The notes under the pieces: model-generated
Told to the model about the DNA's origin: nothing
The model's database searches: none
Seen by the model: only the letters and a program-made list of their open reading frames with translations
NCBI GenBank assembly: GCA_965248435.1
Contig: OZ252100.1
Location: 4,128,001-4,192,000 of the forward strand
Reading direction: 5' to 3'
Origin: Candidatus Latescibacterota bacterium
Lineage (GTDB): Bacteria; Latescibacterota; UBA2968; GCA-2709665
DNA: 64,000 nt
Part shown: piece by piece, positions 39,588-48,685 of the stretch
Layout of the letters: each line of letters starts with the position of its first letter
Numbering within the stretch: position 1 is the first letter of the stretch
Made by a program: the position numbers and the translations under genes

Positions 39588-39628
39588 CAAACAAAACGGG
39601 GTCGTGTCGCTGGGACACAACCCCTCGT
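39588..39628 (-). terminator. Terminator-like hairpin upstream of the array
   Basis: Minus strand ggggttgtgtc-ccagc-gacacgacccc-gTTTTGTTT. Confidence 0.5.
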
Positions 39629-39806
39629 TCTTGTATGAAAGGCGGGACTCACATCCGGGATTTTGAGTCGACAGTACCACCTTCCCCTCCCTTACGAATC
39701 GACACAAGGCGCCCTATTTCTGCGCCAAGATAGGGGGTTGGCCGGGTGGAATCAACTCAAATCGGGGAGCGTCAGAAGGGTTATATTAATCATGTAGGAG
39801 GTCAAA

Positions 39807-41201
39807 ATGAGACGCGGAACGTATTTCACGGAGGATCAAATGCCGATAGATGTTGTGGTGGAACCCGAGAAGGAGGTCCCTGTCGCATATGACGTGGACG
39901 TGGTTGTGGCCGGAAGCGGCGTGGCCGGCTGTTTTGCCGCGATCGCCTCCGCGCGGCGCGGAGTGGAGACCCTGCTGGTCGACCGATTCGCCTATCCGGG
40001 CGGGAACATGGGACCCGGGATGATTGCCGGCGGCAGCCTCACCGGCGGTGCGTTCAAACATCTGAACGGGGGGTTCACGGGCATCCCAAGGGAGTTCATC
40101 CAGCGCCACGTCGAACTGGGCGGCGGCACCGTGCCCGAGTCACCCAACCTGGGAGATCTGCCCCCTTCACCCCATCCAGGAGATTACGCGAAGGACTCGG
40201 GGATCGTTTCCTACACCCTTCTGAAGATGCTCGAGGAGGCCGGAGTCCGATGCCTGTTTTCGACCTTCATCGCTGATCCTATCGTGGAGGACGACAGGGT
40301 CTGCGGTCTCTTCGTGGAGAACAAATCTGGTCGGCGGGCGGTACGGGCGAAGGTGGTCGTGGACGCGACGGGGGAGGCGGATGTGGTCATGCGTGCCGGC
40401 GCGGCCATGATCTATCCTGAATCCTACTACGCCGACATCGACGGACACTGTCCGGGGGGATCGGGCATCTGCTACGTGATCGCCGGGGTCGACCAGGATC
40501 GTTACGAAGCCTACGTGGAGGAAGCGGAGGCGAGCGGCAAGGACCCGGAGGTCGGGCGTGGGGGATGGACCTGCCGAGGAGGAGTCGTGGTCACTCGAAC
40601 GGGGCCCCCGCGGCGCGACCATCAGGACGGTACGTATGCCCACGATGCCGAGAAGCTGACGCGGGACGAGATCGCGATGCGCACGGAGATTTTCGAGACC
40701 GTGCAGCGCTGGAAGGAGGGTGTAGCAGGCTTCGAGGATGCATACCTGGTGTCGATCGCGCCCTACATGGGATCGAGAGGCGGTCCCTGCATCAAAGGCG
40801 TCTACACCTTGGGCCCGGCGGACATGCTGGCCGGACGGCGCTTCGATGACGTCTTGCTCATGTTCACCACCCGGGGCTGTTTCGACGCAGAGGATCCGGA
40901 ACGGAAGGTGGATGCGCCCTGGACCGACTTTCCCTACCGGATTCTGATCCCCGAGAAGCTGGACGGTCTGTTGACCGCGGGTCGGAGCTCGTCCAGCATT
41001 CCGGACACGCTGGTGCGGGGCCGGATGATGGTGATGCACCAGGGACAGGTCGGCGGGACTGCTGCTGCGCTGACCGTGAAGCAGGATGTAACGCCGAGAC
41101 AGCTGGATGTGAAGGTGCTTCAACAGGCGCTGCTCGACGAGGGTTTCTACCTGGGTGACGATGACAGGCTGGAAGAACTCGGACTCAAAGCCTCTTCCTA
41201 A
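39807..41201 (+). CDS. FAD-dependent oxidoreductase (FAD_oxidored family)
   Basis: DVVVAGSGVAG, VVVDATGEAD, PYRILIP...LLTAGR...GQVGGTAAAL. Confidence 0.9.
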   Translation: MRRGTYFTEDQMPIDVVVEPEKEVPVAYDVDVVVAGSGVAGCFAAIASARRGVETLLVDRFAYPGGNMGPGMIAGGSLTGGAFKHLNGGFTGIPREFIQRHVELGGGTVPESPNLGDLPPSPHPGDYAKDSGIVSYTLLKMLEEAGVRCLFSTFIADPIVEDDRVCGLFVENKSGRRAVRAKVVVDATGEADVVMRAGAAMIYPESYYADIDGHCPGGSGICYVIAGVDQDRYEAYVEEAEASGKDPEVGRGGWTCRGGVVVTRTGPPRRDHQDGTYAHDAEKLTRDEIAMRTEIFETVQRWKEGVAGFEDAYLVSIAPYMGSRGGPCIKGVYTLGPADMLAGRRFDDVLLMFTTRGCFDAEDPERKVDAPWTDFPYRILIPEKLDGLLTAGRSSSSIPDTLVRGRMMVMHQGQVGGTAAALTVKQDVTPRQLDVKVLQQALLDEGFYLGDDDRLEELGLKASS

Positions 41202-42331
41202 ATATATCCGGTCGATCCGTCCGGGCGGACCGGAGAGGTCCGCTGCCAGTGTACGTATTCGTCCTTACCGATCGCGTCCTCGTCCACTTCTACGCCCAGA
41301 CCGGGGCGATCTCGTAGCTCCAGGTAGCCGTCTTTGGGCAGGTAGGGGTCGTCCAGCCATTTACTCTCGCCCGGAAAGTTGTATTCCAGGATCTTGAAGT
41401 TGGGCGTGGCGGCCGCGAAGTGGAGGTTGACGGCGGCGGCGAGCGGGCCCATGGGGTTATGAGGGGCGACTGTGACGTAGTGCGCTTCTGCGATGGCGGC
41501 GATCTTTCGCATTTCCAGCAGGCCGCCGCAGGCGCAGATGTCGGGCTGGATGATGTCGGCCCCGTGGGCGGCCATCAGGTCCAGGAATTCGAACCGGGTG
41601 TAGAGGCACTCGCCCGTCGCCAGAGGGACCTGCATCTGGGCGCGGAGGCGGGACCAGGCTGGAATGTGCTCAGGCCGTAACGGCTCTTCGTAGAAAAGGG
41701 GATCGTATGGGGCCAGGGCATTGGCGAGCTGGAGGGCCAGGATCGGCTCGAAGATCTTGGCGTGAGGATCGAACGCGATCTCCCAGTTTTCGTCCGTGTG
41801 TTTTCGAATTTCCTCGAAGTATTCGGCGGCGGTCCTGCAGACGAGGCCCCAGCGGTTCGCGTTCTCGTCGATGCGGTAGGGGGAGGTCTTGAACGCGGTG
41901 AAGCCCCATTCTTCGTTCAGCTTGACCGCTTCCTCCGCCGCTTCCTTCCCGCTTTCCCCTCCGATGCCGCGATAGACCTGGACACGGTCCCGGACTGCTC
42001 CTCCGAGGAGCATGTAGACGGGGAGCCCGGCAGCCTTGCCGCTGATGTCCCACAGCGCGTGGTCGACGGCCGACATGGCCGCCAGACCGAGCGCCCCCGG
42101 CGGAAAACGGAACTGCTGGAACAGCTTCAGCATGATGAACTCGATTCGCCGGGGATCTTCACCCTTGATCATCTCGAAGATGTAGTCGGCGACCGGTTCG
42201 ATCGCAAGGTCGGGGCCGTGGTTGTAGGCCTCGCCCCAACCGTAGAGGCCTTCGTCCGTCTCGACTTTGATGAGCGCACGCGGGCGTTGTCGATGGCTGG
42301 TCATGAAGGTTTTGATGGCGGTGATTTTCAT
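41198..42331 (-). CDS. Mandelate racemase/enolase superfamily acid-sugar dehydratase (galactonate dehydratase-like)
   Basis: MKITAIKTF, ETDEGLYGWGEA, DHALWDISGK, DPH, EEP, TGE, QPD, APHNP. Confidence 0.9.
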   Translation of the reverse strand: MKITAIKTFMTSHRQRPRALIKVETDEGLYGWGEAYNHGPDLAIEPVADYIFEMIKGEDPRRIEFIMLKLFQQFRFPPGALGLAAMSAVDHALWDISGKAAGLPVYMLLGGAVRDRVQVYRGIGGESGKEAAEEAVKLNEEWGFTAFKTSPYRIDENANRWGLVCRTAAEYFEEIRKHTDENWEIAFDPHAKIFEPILALQLANALAPYDPLFYEEPLRPEHIPAWSRLRAQMQVPLATGECLYTRFEFLDLMAAHGADIIQPDICACGGLLEMRKIAAIAEAHYVTVAPHNPMGPLAAAVNLHFAAATPNFKILEYNFPGESKWLDDPYLPKDGYLELRDRPGLGVEVDEDAIGKDEYVHWQRTSPVRPDGSTGYI

Positions 42332-42350
42332 AGCGGGCTCCTTAAATGAC

Positions 42351-42381
42351 CGTATCTCGTATCTCGTGAAGCGTATCTCGT
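42351..42381. repeat. CGTATCT (reverse of CGAGATA-type) heptamer repeats
   Basis: cgtatctcgtatctcgtgaagcgtatctcgt. Confidence 0.75.
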
Positions 42382-42590
42382 CAAAAGAATAGAAACGACA
42401 GTGTGTGATATCGCTGGTCGAATATGAATATTGGATATTGCCTTTCTTCTTCAAGATAATACTTTATGCACATTCTTTCGAGTTTTCTGATAGCCCGGTT
42501 TCGCATCTGAAGCAGGAGCGGGACAGGTTGAAGGGAGCGGTTCAAGTGAAGTTTGCATCGTTGGTTAGGAAGGAAGCTTGGGGATACTGT

Positions 42591-42619
42591 TTGACATTTC
42601 CTTCAGATCGTGCTACATA
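42591..42619 (+). promoter_or_regulatory. Sigma70-like promoter
   Basis: TTGACA-17-TACATA with TG extension. Confidence 0.5.
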
Positions 42620-42693
42620 GAGCTGGAGGATCAATGATGTTTTCCTTAGCTGTCCGGCTCAGCCCCAGAACGCTCGCCGCAAGGGTTTAAACT

Positions 42694-42987
42694 ATGTTTT
42701 GGGTTGTCGTAGCCCTCGTAAGTGTGGTCGTCGTCAAGTATTACACGTCGATCGGGAAGCGAAAACTGGAGGAGCGACTGACCCGCGTCAAGACGGCACT
42801 GGTTGATGCTCGGAAAAAACTCAGATCCGCTCAGAATGAGCAGGCTGGAGTGACCGAAGAGATGGATGAGATGGAGGAACGCATCAGGCGTATGAAGGAG
42901 ATCATGGATGACCTTGGCCTTCGTATGCAGAGCAAGGAACAGCCCGAGGAAAGGGAGGAGAAGATGGAGAAGGCGCTCCACCTTTGA
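42694..42987 (+). CDS. Small membrane-anchored coiled-coil protein
   Basis: N-terminal TM, VKYYTS, heptad-rich tail; same architecture as 19973..20242. Confidence 0.75.
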   Translation: MFWVVVALVSVVVVKYYTSIGKRKLEERLTRVKTALVDARKKLRSAQNEQAGVTEEMDEMEERIRRMKEIMDDLGLRMQSKEQPEEREEKMEKALHL

Positions 42988-43025
42988 GGATTCATTGTCG
43001 TGTCTCGGGCTGAAATGGAGAAGTA

Positions 43026-43054
43026 TTGACACGGAGAGCAAAAGAGGGTAACTT
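43026..43054 (+). promoter_or_regulatory. Sigma70-like promoter
   Basis: TTGACA-17-TAACTT. Confidence 0.55.
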
Positions 43055-43194
43055 TCGAGATGTTCGAAGGGTGAAAGGGGTCATCGGCTGGGAAGTTCTC
43101 TCGTATGGGTAAGTTTCATGCATACTAGTCACACTCACCTGAGATGGGTAACGGGAGATGTGACTTTTTTGTTTCGGTGAGAGGTATTATCCCT

Positions 43195-44049
43195 ATGGTG
43201 AGTAATGCACGTCACGATGAAAACGATTCTCTTCAGTACTATCTGAAAGATGTATCCTCGACACGCCTGCTCTCTGCTCAGGAGGAAGTAGCCCTCGCAC
43301 GGCAAATCAAAAAGGGGGATATGAAAGCCCGGGCAAAAATGGTGGAGGCCAATCTCAGATTCGTCATCACCGTAGCCAAGAAATACCAGAACCGAGGGCT
43401 GCCACTGGTTGAGCTGATCAGTGCTGGGAACATCGGTCTGGTTACTGCGGTTGACCGGTTCGACGGGGACAGGGGGTTCAAGTTTATCTCTTACGCGGTC
43501 TGGTGGATTCGGCAGTCTATCCAGCAGACCCTGAAGGAACAGTCCCGGATGGTGCGTCTGCCTCTTAATCGGATCGACTTGCTGCACCGCATTTTCCAGT
43601 ACGTCACCCAACAGCAGGAGACTTCTCACCGTCCGGATGAAGACGAGATCGCCAAGGAGCTGGGCATATCTGTCGAAATGGTGAAGGATACACTCGTCAA
43701 GGGCCAGCGCGTCCTCTCCCTGGATGCCACTTTCGAAGAAGACAACACGAACACCCTTATGGAACGGATAACCGATGAGACCCAGGAACAGCCTGATGTG
43801 CAGTTGACCCGCAACTCCCTTCACGAAGACATCGAAGCTGTTCTGCACACTCTCGGCGACGATCGCGCACGGGACATAATCAAACTCTATTTCGGCCTGG
43901 ATGGAGCTCCTGGGATGACTCTGGAGGAAATCGGAGTTCGGTATGGCGTCACGAGAGAACGCATTCGGCAGATCAAGTATAAGGCTTTGTGCAGGCTTCG
44001 TAATCCTGTGCGGGCACGGAAATTAATGTCCTACACGGAAGAAATCTGA
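43195..44049 (+). CDS. RNA polymerase sigma factor, RpoD/RpoS family lacking region 1.1
   Basis: ANLRFVITVAKKY, GFKFISYAVWWIRQ, TLEEIG...VTRERIRQI. Confidence 0.95.
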   Translation: MVSNARHDENDSLQYYLKDVSSTRLLSAQEEVALARQIKKGDMKARAKMVEANLRFVITVAKKYQNRGLPLVELISAGNIGLVTAVDRFDGDRGFKFISYAVWWIRQSIQQTLKEQSRMVRLPLNRIDLLHRIFQYVTQQQETSHRPDEDEIAKELGISVEMVKDTLVKGQRVLSLDATFEEDNTNTLMERITDETQEQPDVQLTRNSLHEDIEAVLHTLGDDRARDIIKLYFGLDGAPGMTLEEIGVRYGVTRERIRQIKYKALCRLRNPVRARKLMSYTEEI

Positions 44050-44085
44050 CGCTGGATGAGTACCCGAAATGCAGGGGGAGGAAGA

Positions 44086-44214
44086 ATGGCTGACAAGGGA
44101 AAAAGAGACAAAGCCAGAAAAGAACAACGGCAAAAGGCCCAGCTTAATCCAAAAGAAAAACGAAAACTGAAAAAAGAAAAGAAGGCAGCCCGGGGCAAAG
44201 GGCTGCCAACCTGA
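44086..44214 (+). CDS. Small basic protein (42 aa)
   Basis: GGAGG RBS; MADKGKRDKARKEQRQKAQLNPKEKRKLKKEKKAARGKGLPT; below the ORF-track length cutoff. Confidence 0.65.
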   Translation: MADKGKRDKARKEQRQKAQLNPKEKRKLKKEKKAARGKGLPT

Positions 44215-44344
44215 CCGTTTAGCCGTTGTTGAAGGTGATCCAGCTTTCAGTGGCGGCCCGTCCTGGGGTCGTCAGAAGCGCATATCGTTGGGAGTCGGAC
44301 GAAATCCTGCGACACTTCTGCGTTACCCAGCCTGCTTCTATACG

Positions 44345-44391
44345 AAAAGGCACTTACACCGTCTCTAGAGAGATCGAGGTAAGTGCCCTTT
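44345..44391. terminator. Bidirectional hairpin downstream of tRNA-Leu
   Basis: aaaaggcacttac...gtaagtgccctttt. Confidence 0.65.
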
Positions 44392-44408
44392 TTCTTGTCG
44401 ATTCCTTA

Positions 44409-44495
44409 TGGTGCCGAAGGTGGGACTCGAACCCACACGGGCTTGCGCCCACCGGATTTTGAGTCCGGCGCGTCTACCAATTCCACCACTTCGGC
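44409..44495 (-). tRNA. tRNA-Leu(CAA)
   Basis: GCCGAAG...CTTCGGC-A-CCA; anticodon arm CCGGA-CT-CAA-AA-TCCGG; long variable arm; GGTTCGAGTCC. Confidence 0.97.
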
Positions 44496-44518
44496 ACGGG
44501 TCAAGCCGTAATCAAGAA

Positions 44519-45070
44519 TCAGGGCATCTCTTCGGAGCGGGGAGGGCCCAGGATCTCACGATAGAGGATCGCGTTTCGCACGCTGCCTCGCGAGAAGTCC
44601 AGACGCCGACGCCGCTTATCCTTTTTCGCGCGCAGGAGATGCGCCTTTTGCGAAGGGGCCGTTTCAGGCGGGGGGGCCTGAGGGCGCGGCGCGGGGGTCG
44701 GCTTCGGCTCGGGCCGGACGGGTCGGAATTCTTCCTGCGCCGGTGGCTCCTCAACCGGCCGGGTGACCTGGATCGGTCTGAATTCCTCCCGGGCCGGTTC
44801 TTCCGTGACGCTTCTCGTCCCCTTCACCTCCCGAAATTCTTCTTCGAGTGACTCCGTGCGGTGGCGGAAGACTTCGGAGAGCACGTCCCAATCCGAGGCG
44901 TCGGCATCGTCCTCCTCGGGTTGGTAGATCGGCCGTCGCTGGTTCGGAGATAGCGTCCGGCCCTGACGCCCGACCTCCCCGGAAGTCTGCTTACGCTGCC
45001 GCAGTTTGCTGATGATCGAGGAGACGACGCTCAACAACAGGAACAGGATGACGATGACTTCAAAACCCAT
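44519..45070 (-). CDS. YqfB-like membrane-anchored protein
   Basis: N-terminal TM, C-terminal AILYREILGPPRS; third gene after nfeD-floA. Confidence 0.75.
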   Translation of the reverse strand: MGFEVIVILFLLLSVVSSIISKLRQRKQTSGEVGRQGRTLSPNQRRPIYQPEEDDADASDWDVLSEVFRHRTESLEEEFREVKGTRSVTEEPAREEFRPIQVTRPVEEPPAQEEFRPVRPEPKPTPAPRPQAPPPETAPSQKAHLLRAKKDKRRRRLDFSRGSVRNAILYREILGPPRSEEMP

Positions 45071-45073
45071 CCG

Positions 45074-46060
45074 CTATCTCCCCTCCTCGTCCGTGCGCTC
45101 ATCGCTTTCGTCCGCGATGCCCTCACGCATGGAGGTGTCGGCCTGGATGTTTCGCATCCGATAATAGTCCATGATCCCGAGATTTCCGCTCCTGAAGGCC
45201 TCGGCCATCGCGCGGGGGACCTCGGCCTCAGCTTCCACTACGCGGGCGCGCATCTCCACGACGCGTGCACTCATCTCCTGCTCCTGCGCCACGGCCATCG
45301 CCCTGCGCCCTTCGGCCCTTGCCTGGGCGACCTTGAGGTCGGCATCGGCCTGGTCGGTCTGCAGTATTGCGCCGATGTTGTCGCCGACGTCGACATCGGC
45401 GATGTCGATCGAGAGGATTTCGTAGGCCGTGCCCGAATCCAGGCCCTTGTCCAGGACCGTTTTTGAGATGCGGTCAGGATTTTCGAGCACGTCTTTGTGC
45501 GTCTCCGCCGAACCGATCGTGGTCACGATGCCTTCGCCGACACGGGCCATGATCGTCTCTTCACCTGCGCCGCCCACGAGCCGTTCGATGTTGGCTCGGA
45601 CGGTCACCCGGGAGGTGGCCTTCACCTGGATGCCGTCTTTGGCCACCGCGGTGACCATAGGGGTGGAGATGACCTTGGGGTTCACGCTGACTTGAACCGC
45701 TTCGAGCACGTCCCGCCCGGCGAGGTCGATCGCCGCGGCACGTTCAAAGGTGAGGTTGATGCCCGCCTTGTCCGCGGCGATCAAGGCGGTGATCACGTTT
45801 TCAACGGCGCCGCCGGCCAGAAAGTGTGCCTCCAGGAAGGCGGTGGGTATGTCCAGGCCAGCCTTGGTTGCACTGATCTGCGAACCCAGGATAATGCGTG
45901 GAGGAACCCGGCGAAGACGCATCCCGACCAGTTCGCCGATGCCGATCCGCACGCGCGCCGCGAGCGCGGAGATCCACAGCCCGACCGGGATGAAGTAGAC
46001 AAAGAGGACCAGGAAAAAAATTCCTGCAGCGACGATGAGCAGCAGGGCGAGGAATTCCAT
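45074..46060 (-). CDS. floA: Flotillin-like protein FloA (YqfA)
   Basis: [47 protein letters not shown]. Confidence 0.93.
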   Translation of the reverse strand: MEFLALLLIVAAGIFFLVLFVYFIPVGLWISALAARVRIGIGELVGMRLRRVPPRIILGSQISATKAGLDIPTAFLEAHFLAGGAVENVITALIAADKAGINLTFERAAAIDLAGRDVLEAVQVSVNPKVISTPMVTAVAKDGIQVKATSRVTVRANIERLVGGAGEETIMARVGEGIVTTIGSAETHKDVLENPDRISKTVLDKGLDSGTAYEILSIDIADVDVGDNIGAILQTDQADADLKVAQARAEGRRAMAVAQEQEMSARVVEMRARVVEAEAEVPRAMAEAFRSGNLGIMDYYRMRNIQADTSMREGIADESDERTDEEGR

Positions 46061-46081
46061 TGAATGTCTCCTTGAAGGTGG

Positions 46082-47425
46082 CTAGGCCTGGTCCGCCTTG
46101 CGGACGACGATTCGGTTTCCTTCCACTTCCACGACCTTGATCGGTGTATCCTTGTCTATGAAATCGCCTTCGGTGGCCACACTGATTCGACGGCCCTCGA
46201 TCAGACCCGTGCCTCCGGGACGAAGCGGCGTGAACGCCGTACCGATCACGCCGACGAGATTGTCGTATTCAGAGACGGCACGGTAGCCATCATCCGACTT
46301 TTCCTCCGCCTTGAGCACCAGCCGGTCCCACGTCGTCGTTCGCGGCAGGGACTTGATCATCCAGATGGCGAGGACGACCGTCAGCGCCATTGAGAGCAGC
46401 ACCGGACGCGCAGCCTCACCCGCAGATCCCCACGTCCAGAGCTCGCTTCGCCCCATCAGACTCAGAAGGAGACTGACGAAGATGAGCGCGAAGCCCGGGG
46501 CGGCCAGGAGGCCGAACCCAGCAACGAAGAAGAGGTCCGCAAGGACGAGGACGACGCCCAGGATGAAAAGGAGGACTTCACTCCAGTCGGCAAGGTTGAC
46601 GAGCATGTGGCTCCCGAAAAACAGACCGAGGCAGATCAGGCCAACTGTACCACCGATCCCCCAACCCGGACTCTGGATCTCGAAGATCAACCCAAGGAAG
46701 CCCAGGCTCATGAGGAGTGACGCAATGACGGGGTGGGTCAGCCATCTCACGACCTGCTCTGCCCAGTTTACAGACTGACGCCGGAGATCGGCCCCATCCA
46801 GTTCGAACTGCTTCAAGATTTCTTTGATTCGCTCGCTCGCGCCGGTGGCCGTAATGCTGATCTCGGCGATGCCCTGTTCGACAGCCTCTTCCGTGGTGAG
46901 GGTCAGGAGCTTTCCCTTTGGCGCCAGCTCGGGGAGATCCACGTCTTCATCGACCATGGCTTCTGCGAGCTTCGGGGGACGTCCCGTCTTCTCGGCCGTG
47001 GCTTTCATCTCGTTTCGAAAGTAGGAGATGATCTTCTCGCTGGCCTTCTTGCCCTGCAAATCCACCGCCGTCGCCGCCCCGATCGTGCCGCCTTCCACCA
47101 TGACGATATGCTTTGTGGCGAGTGAGATGAGGGCGCCCGCAGAGATGGCCCTTGGGTTGATGAAGGCGATCGTCTTTACTTCGCTGTATAGGATCGCGTC
47201 CCGGACGGTAAGCGCTGCATCCAGCGCGCCCCCCGGGGTGTCAATTTCGAAGATAACGGCCGCCGCACCTTCTTCTTCGGCTTCGGACATCACCCGTGAG
47301 ACGAACGCAGCCAACCCCTTCTCAATCGTGCCCTGAATGGGTACGATGTAGACGGTCTCGGCTGCCGAGAGGCCGGGGAAAAACCCAACGATCAGGACGA
47401 TGAATTTGAGAGGAAGTTTGTGCAT
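46082..47425 (-). CDS. NfeD family membrane-bound serine protease (YqeZ-like)
   Basis: IDTPGG, AISAGALI, TIGAA, TM block, LRPGG OB domain; start placed downstream of the promoter at 47474-47502. Confidence 0.9.
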   Translation of the reverse strand: MHKLPLKFIVLIVGFFPGLSAAETVYIVPIQGTIEKGLAAFVSRVMSEAEEEGAAAVIFEIDTPGGALDAALTVRDAILYSEVKTIAFINPRAISAGALISLATKHIVMVEGGTIGAATAVDLQGKKASEKIISYFRNEMKATAEKTGRPPKLAEAMVDEDVDLPELAPKGKLLTLTTEEAVEQGIAEISITATGASERIKEILKQFELDGADLRRQSVNWAEQVVRWLTHPVIASLLMSLGFLGLIFEIQSPGWGIGGTVGLICLGLFFGSHMLVNLADWSEVLLFILGVVLVLADLFFVAGFGLLAAPGFALIFVSLLLSLMGRSELWTWGSAGEAARPVLLSMALTVVLAIWMIKSLPRTTTWDRLVLKAEEKSDDGYRAVSEYDNLVGVIGTAFTPLRPGGTGLIEGRRISVATEGDFIDKDTPIKVVEVEGNRIVVRKADQA

Positions 47426-47473
47426 TCTGACGTTGATCTTAAACGCGATACGAAATCCTGAATAATATGTTTG

Positions 47474-47502
47474 AGTGTACCACATACCCCCAGGGTTGTC
47501 AA
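47474..47502 (-). promoter_or_regulatory. Sigma70 promoter of the nfeD-floA operon
   Basis: TTGACA-17-TACACT with TG extension. Confidence 0.65.
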
Positions 47503-47530
47503 TGCCAATCCTCGATTAGAGGAATGGAAC

Positions 47531-47559
47531 TTGACAGCGTCTTGTGTTCCTTTTATTAT
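47531..47559 (+). promoter_or_regulatory. Sigma70 promoter of tRNA-Met
   Basis: TTGACA-17-TATTAT. Confidence 0.75.
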
Positions 47560-47573
47560 TTTCAACTCGAATT

Positions 47574-47646
47574 GGCGGTGTAGCTCAGCTGGTAGAGCAG
47601 TGGAATCATAATCCATGGGTCGGGGGTTCGAGCCCCTCCACCGCCA
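47574..47646 (+). tRNA. tRNA-Met(CAT), elongator type, CCA not encoded
   Basis: GGCGGTG...CACCGCC-A; anticodon loop AT-CAT-AA; G1-C72 paired, no triple-GC initiator stem. Confidence 0.93.
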
Positions 47647-47672
47647 CACGATATTCGATCGGGCAACGAATG

Positions 47673-47703
47673 AGAGAAGGCATCCAGTTTGGGTGCCTTC
47701 TCT
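47673..47703 (+). terminator. Hairpin downstream of tRNA-Met
   Basis: gagaaggcatcca-gtt-tgggtgccttctc. Confidence 0.6.
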
Positions 47704-47735
47704 TCGCTTAGAGGGTAGGAGGAACAGAGGTGACG

Positions 47736-48593
47736 ATGTTCAAAAGTCTGTCGCCCCGCACACTCGGGGTTGAGGTGAATCTTGAGGCTGGGCTCGCGCT
47801 GGCCGCCGAGGCAGGTTTTGAGGGGCTGGACGTGAACATCCAGGAAGTGCAGCGCCTGGTGCAAGAACGGGGTGCCGCGTGGCTGAGCGAGTTGTTCGAA
47901 GGTGCCGGCCTGCGGATCGGCGCCTGGGGGCTGTCCATTCCGTGGGACGGACCGGAAGAATCGTTCCGCAAGGGACTGGAGGTGCTTCCGTCACTCGTTG
48001 CAGCCGGGGCTGCCGTTGGCGCCACCCGGATCACGCTGGTGGTTCGACCGGGTTCCGATGAACGCGCCTTCGAGGCGAATTTCAATTGGCATATCGATCG
48101 CATCAGACCCGTCGCGGAGATCCTGGATGACGAGGGCTGTCGACTTGGATTGGAATTTCTCGGGCCGCGTACCCTTCGCACCGCCAAGGCCTTCGGATTC
48201 ATCCACACCTCGGCAGGGATGCTCGCACTGGCCGATGCGATCGGAACAGGAAACGTCGGGCTCCTGCTGGACTCCTGGCACTGGTATACGAGCCAGGGGA
48301 CAATTTCCGATCTGAGTTCGTTGGCAGTCAGAGAGGTCGTCCACGTTCACGTGAACGATGCGCCGGCCGGCGTGGATGTAGCGGAACAGATCGACAACAA
48401 ACGGGCCCTCCCGACGGAAACCGGTGTGATCGACCTGGTCGGCTTCCTGATGGCGCTGAAGGAGATGGGCTACGACGGCCCGGTGACGCCCGAACCCTTC
48501 AGCGAGCGCGTCCGGGAAATGGAGCCCGCGCAGGCGGTGCAATCGGCTCACGACGGCCTGGACGAGGCCTGGAGGTCTGCTGGGCTGAGATAA
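47736..48593 (+). CDS. Sugar phosphate isomerase/epimerase (TIM barrel)
   Basis: GLEFLGP, LLDSWHW, HVHVND, R, TPEPF. Confidence 0.9.
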   Translation: MFKSLSPRTLGVEVNLEAGLALAAEAGFEGLDVNIQEVQRLVQERGAAWLSELFEGAGLRIGAWGLSIPWDGPEESFRKGLEVLPSLVAAGAAVGATRITLVVRPGSDERAFEANFNWHIDRIRPVAEILDDEGCRLGLEFLGPRTLRTAKAFGFIHTSAGMLALADAIGTGNVGLLLDSWHWYTSQGTISDLSSLAVREVVHVHVNDAPAGVDVAEQIDNKRALPTETGVIDLVGFLMALKEMGYDGPVTPEPFSERVREMEPAQAVQSAHDGLDEAWRSAGLR

Positions 48594-48611
48594 ACCCAAC
48601 GGGCGAAGGAG

Positions 48612-48641
48612 AAAAAGGCACCCGGATCGGGTGCCTTTTTC
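48612..48641. terminator. Bidirectional terminator
   Basis: aaaaaggcacccg-gat-cgggtgccttttt. Confidence 0.85.
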
Positions 48642-48685
48642 TGTTGGTCGTAGTTTGATGCAGATCGATTCTGTAAGACCGACGG

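Noticed and set aside
23086-39733. Long plus-strand ORFs opposite the array genes (e.g. 26525..27712, 31414..32676, 36570..37970)
   Set aside because: Antisense open frames expected from high-GC codon usage; no motifs and inconsistent between copies
44226-44400. LRHFCVT resembling a tyrosine recombinase motif next to the tRNA-Leu 3' end
   Set aside because: Too short; no other integrase motifs and no duplicated tRNA 3' end (att) seen
47574-47646. Initiator tRNA-fMet call
   Set aside because: G1-C72 is paired and the triple G-C anticodon stem is absent; tRNA-Ile2 is not strictly excluded but elongator Met is favoured
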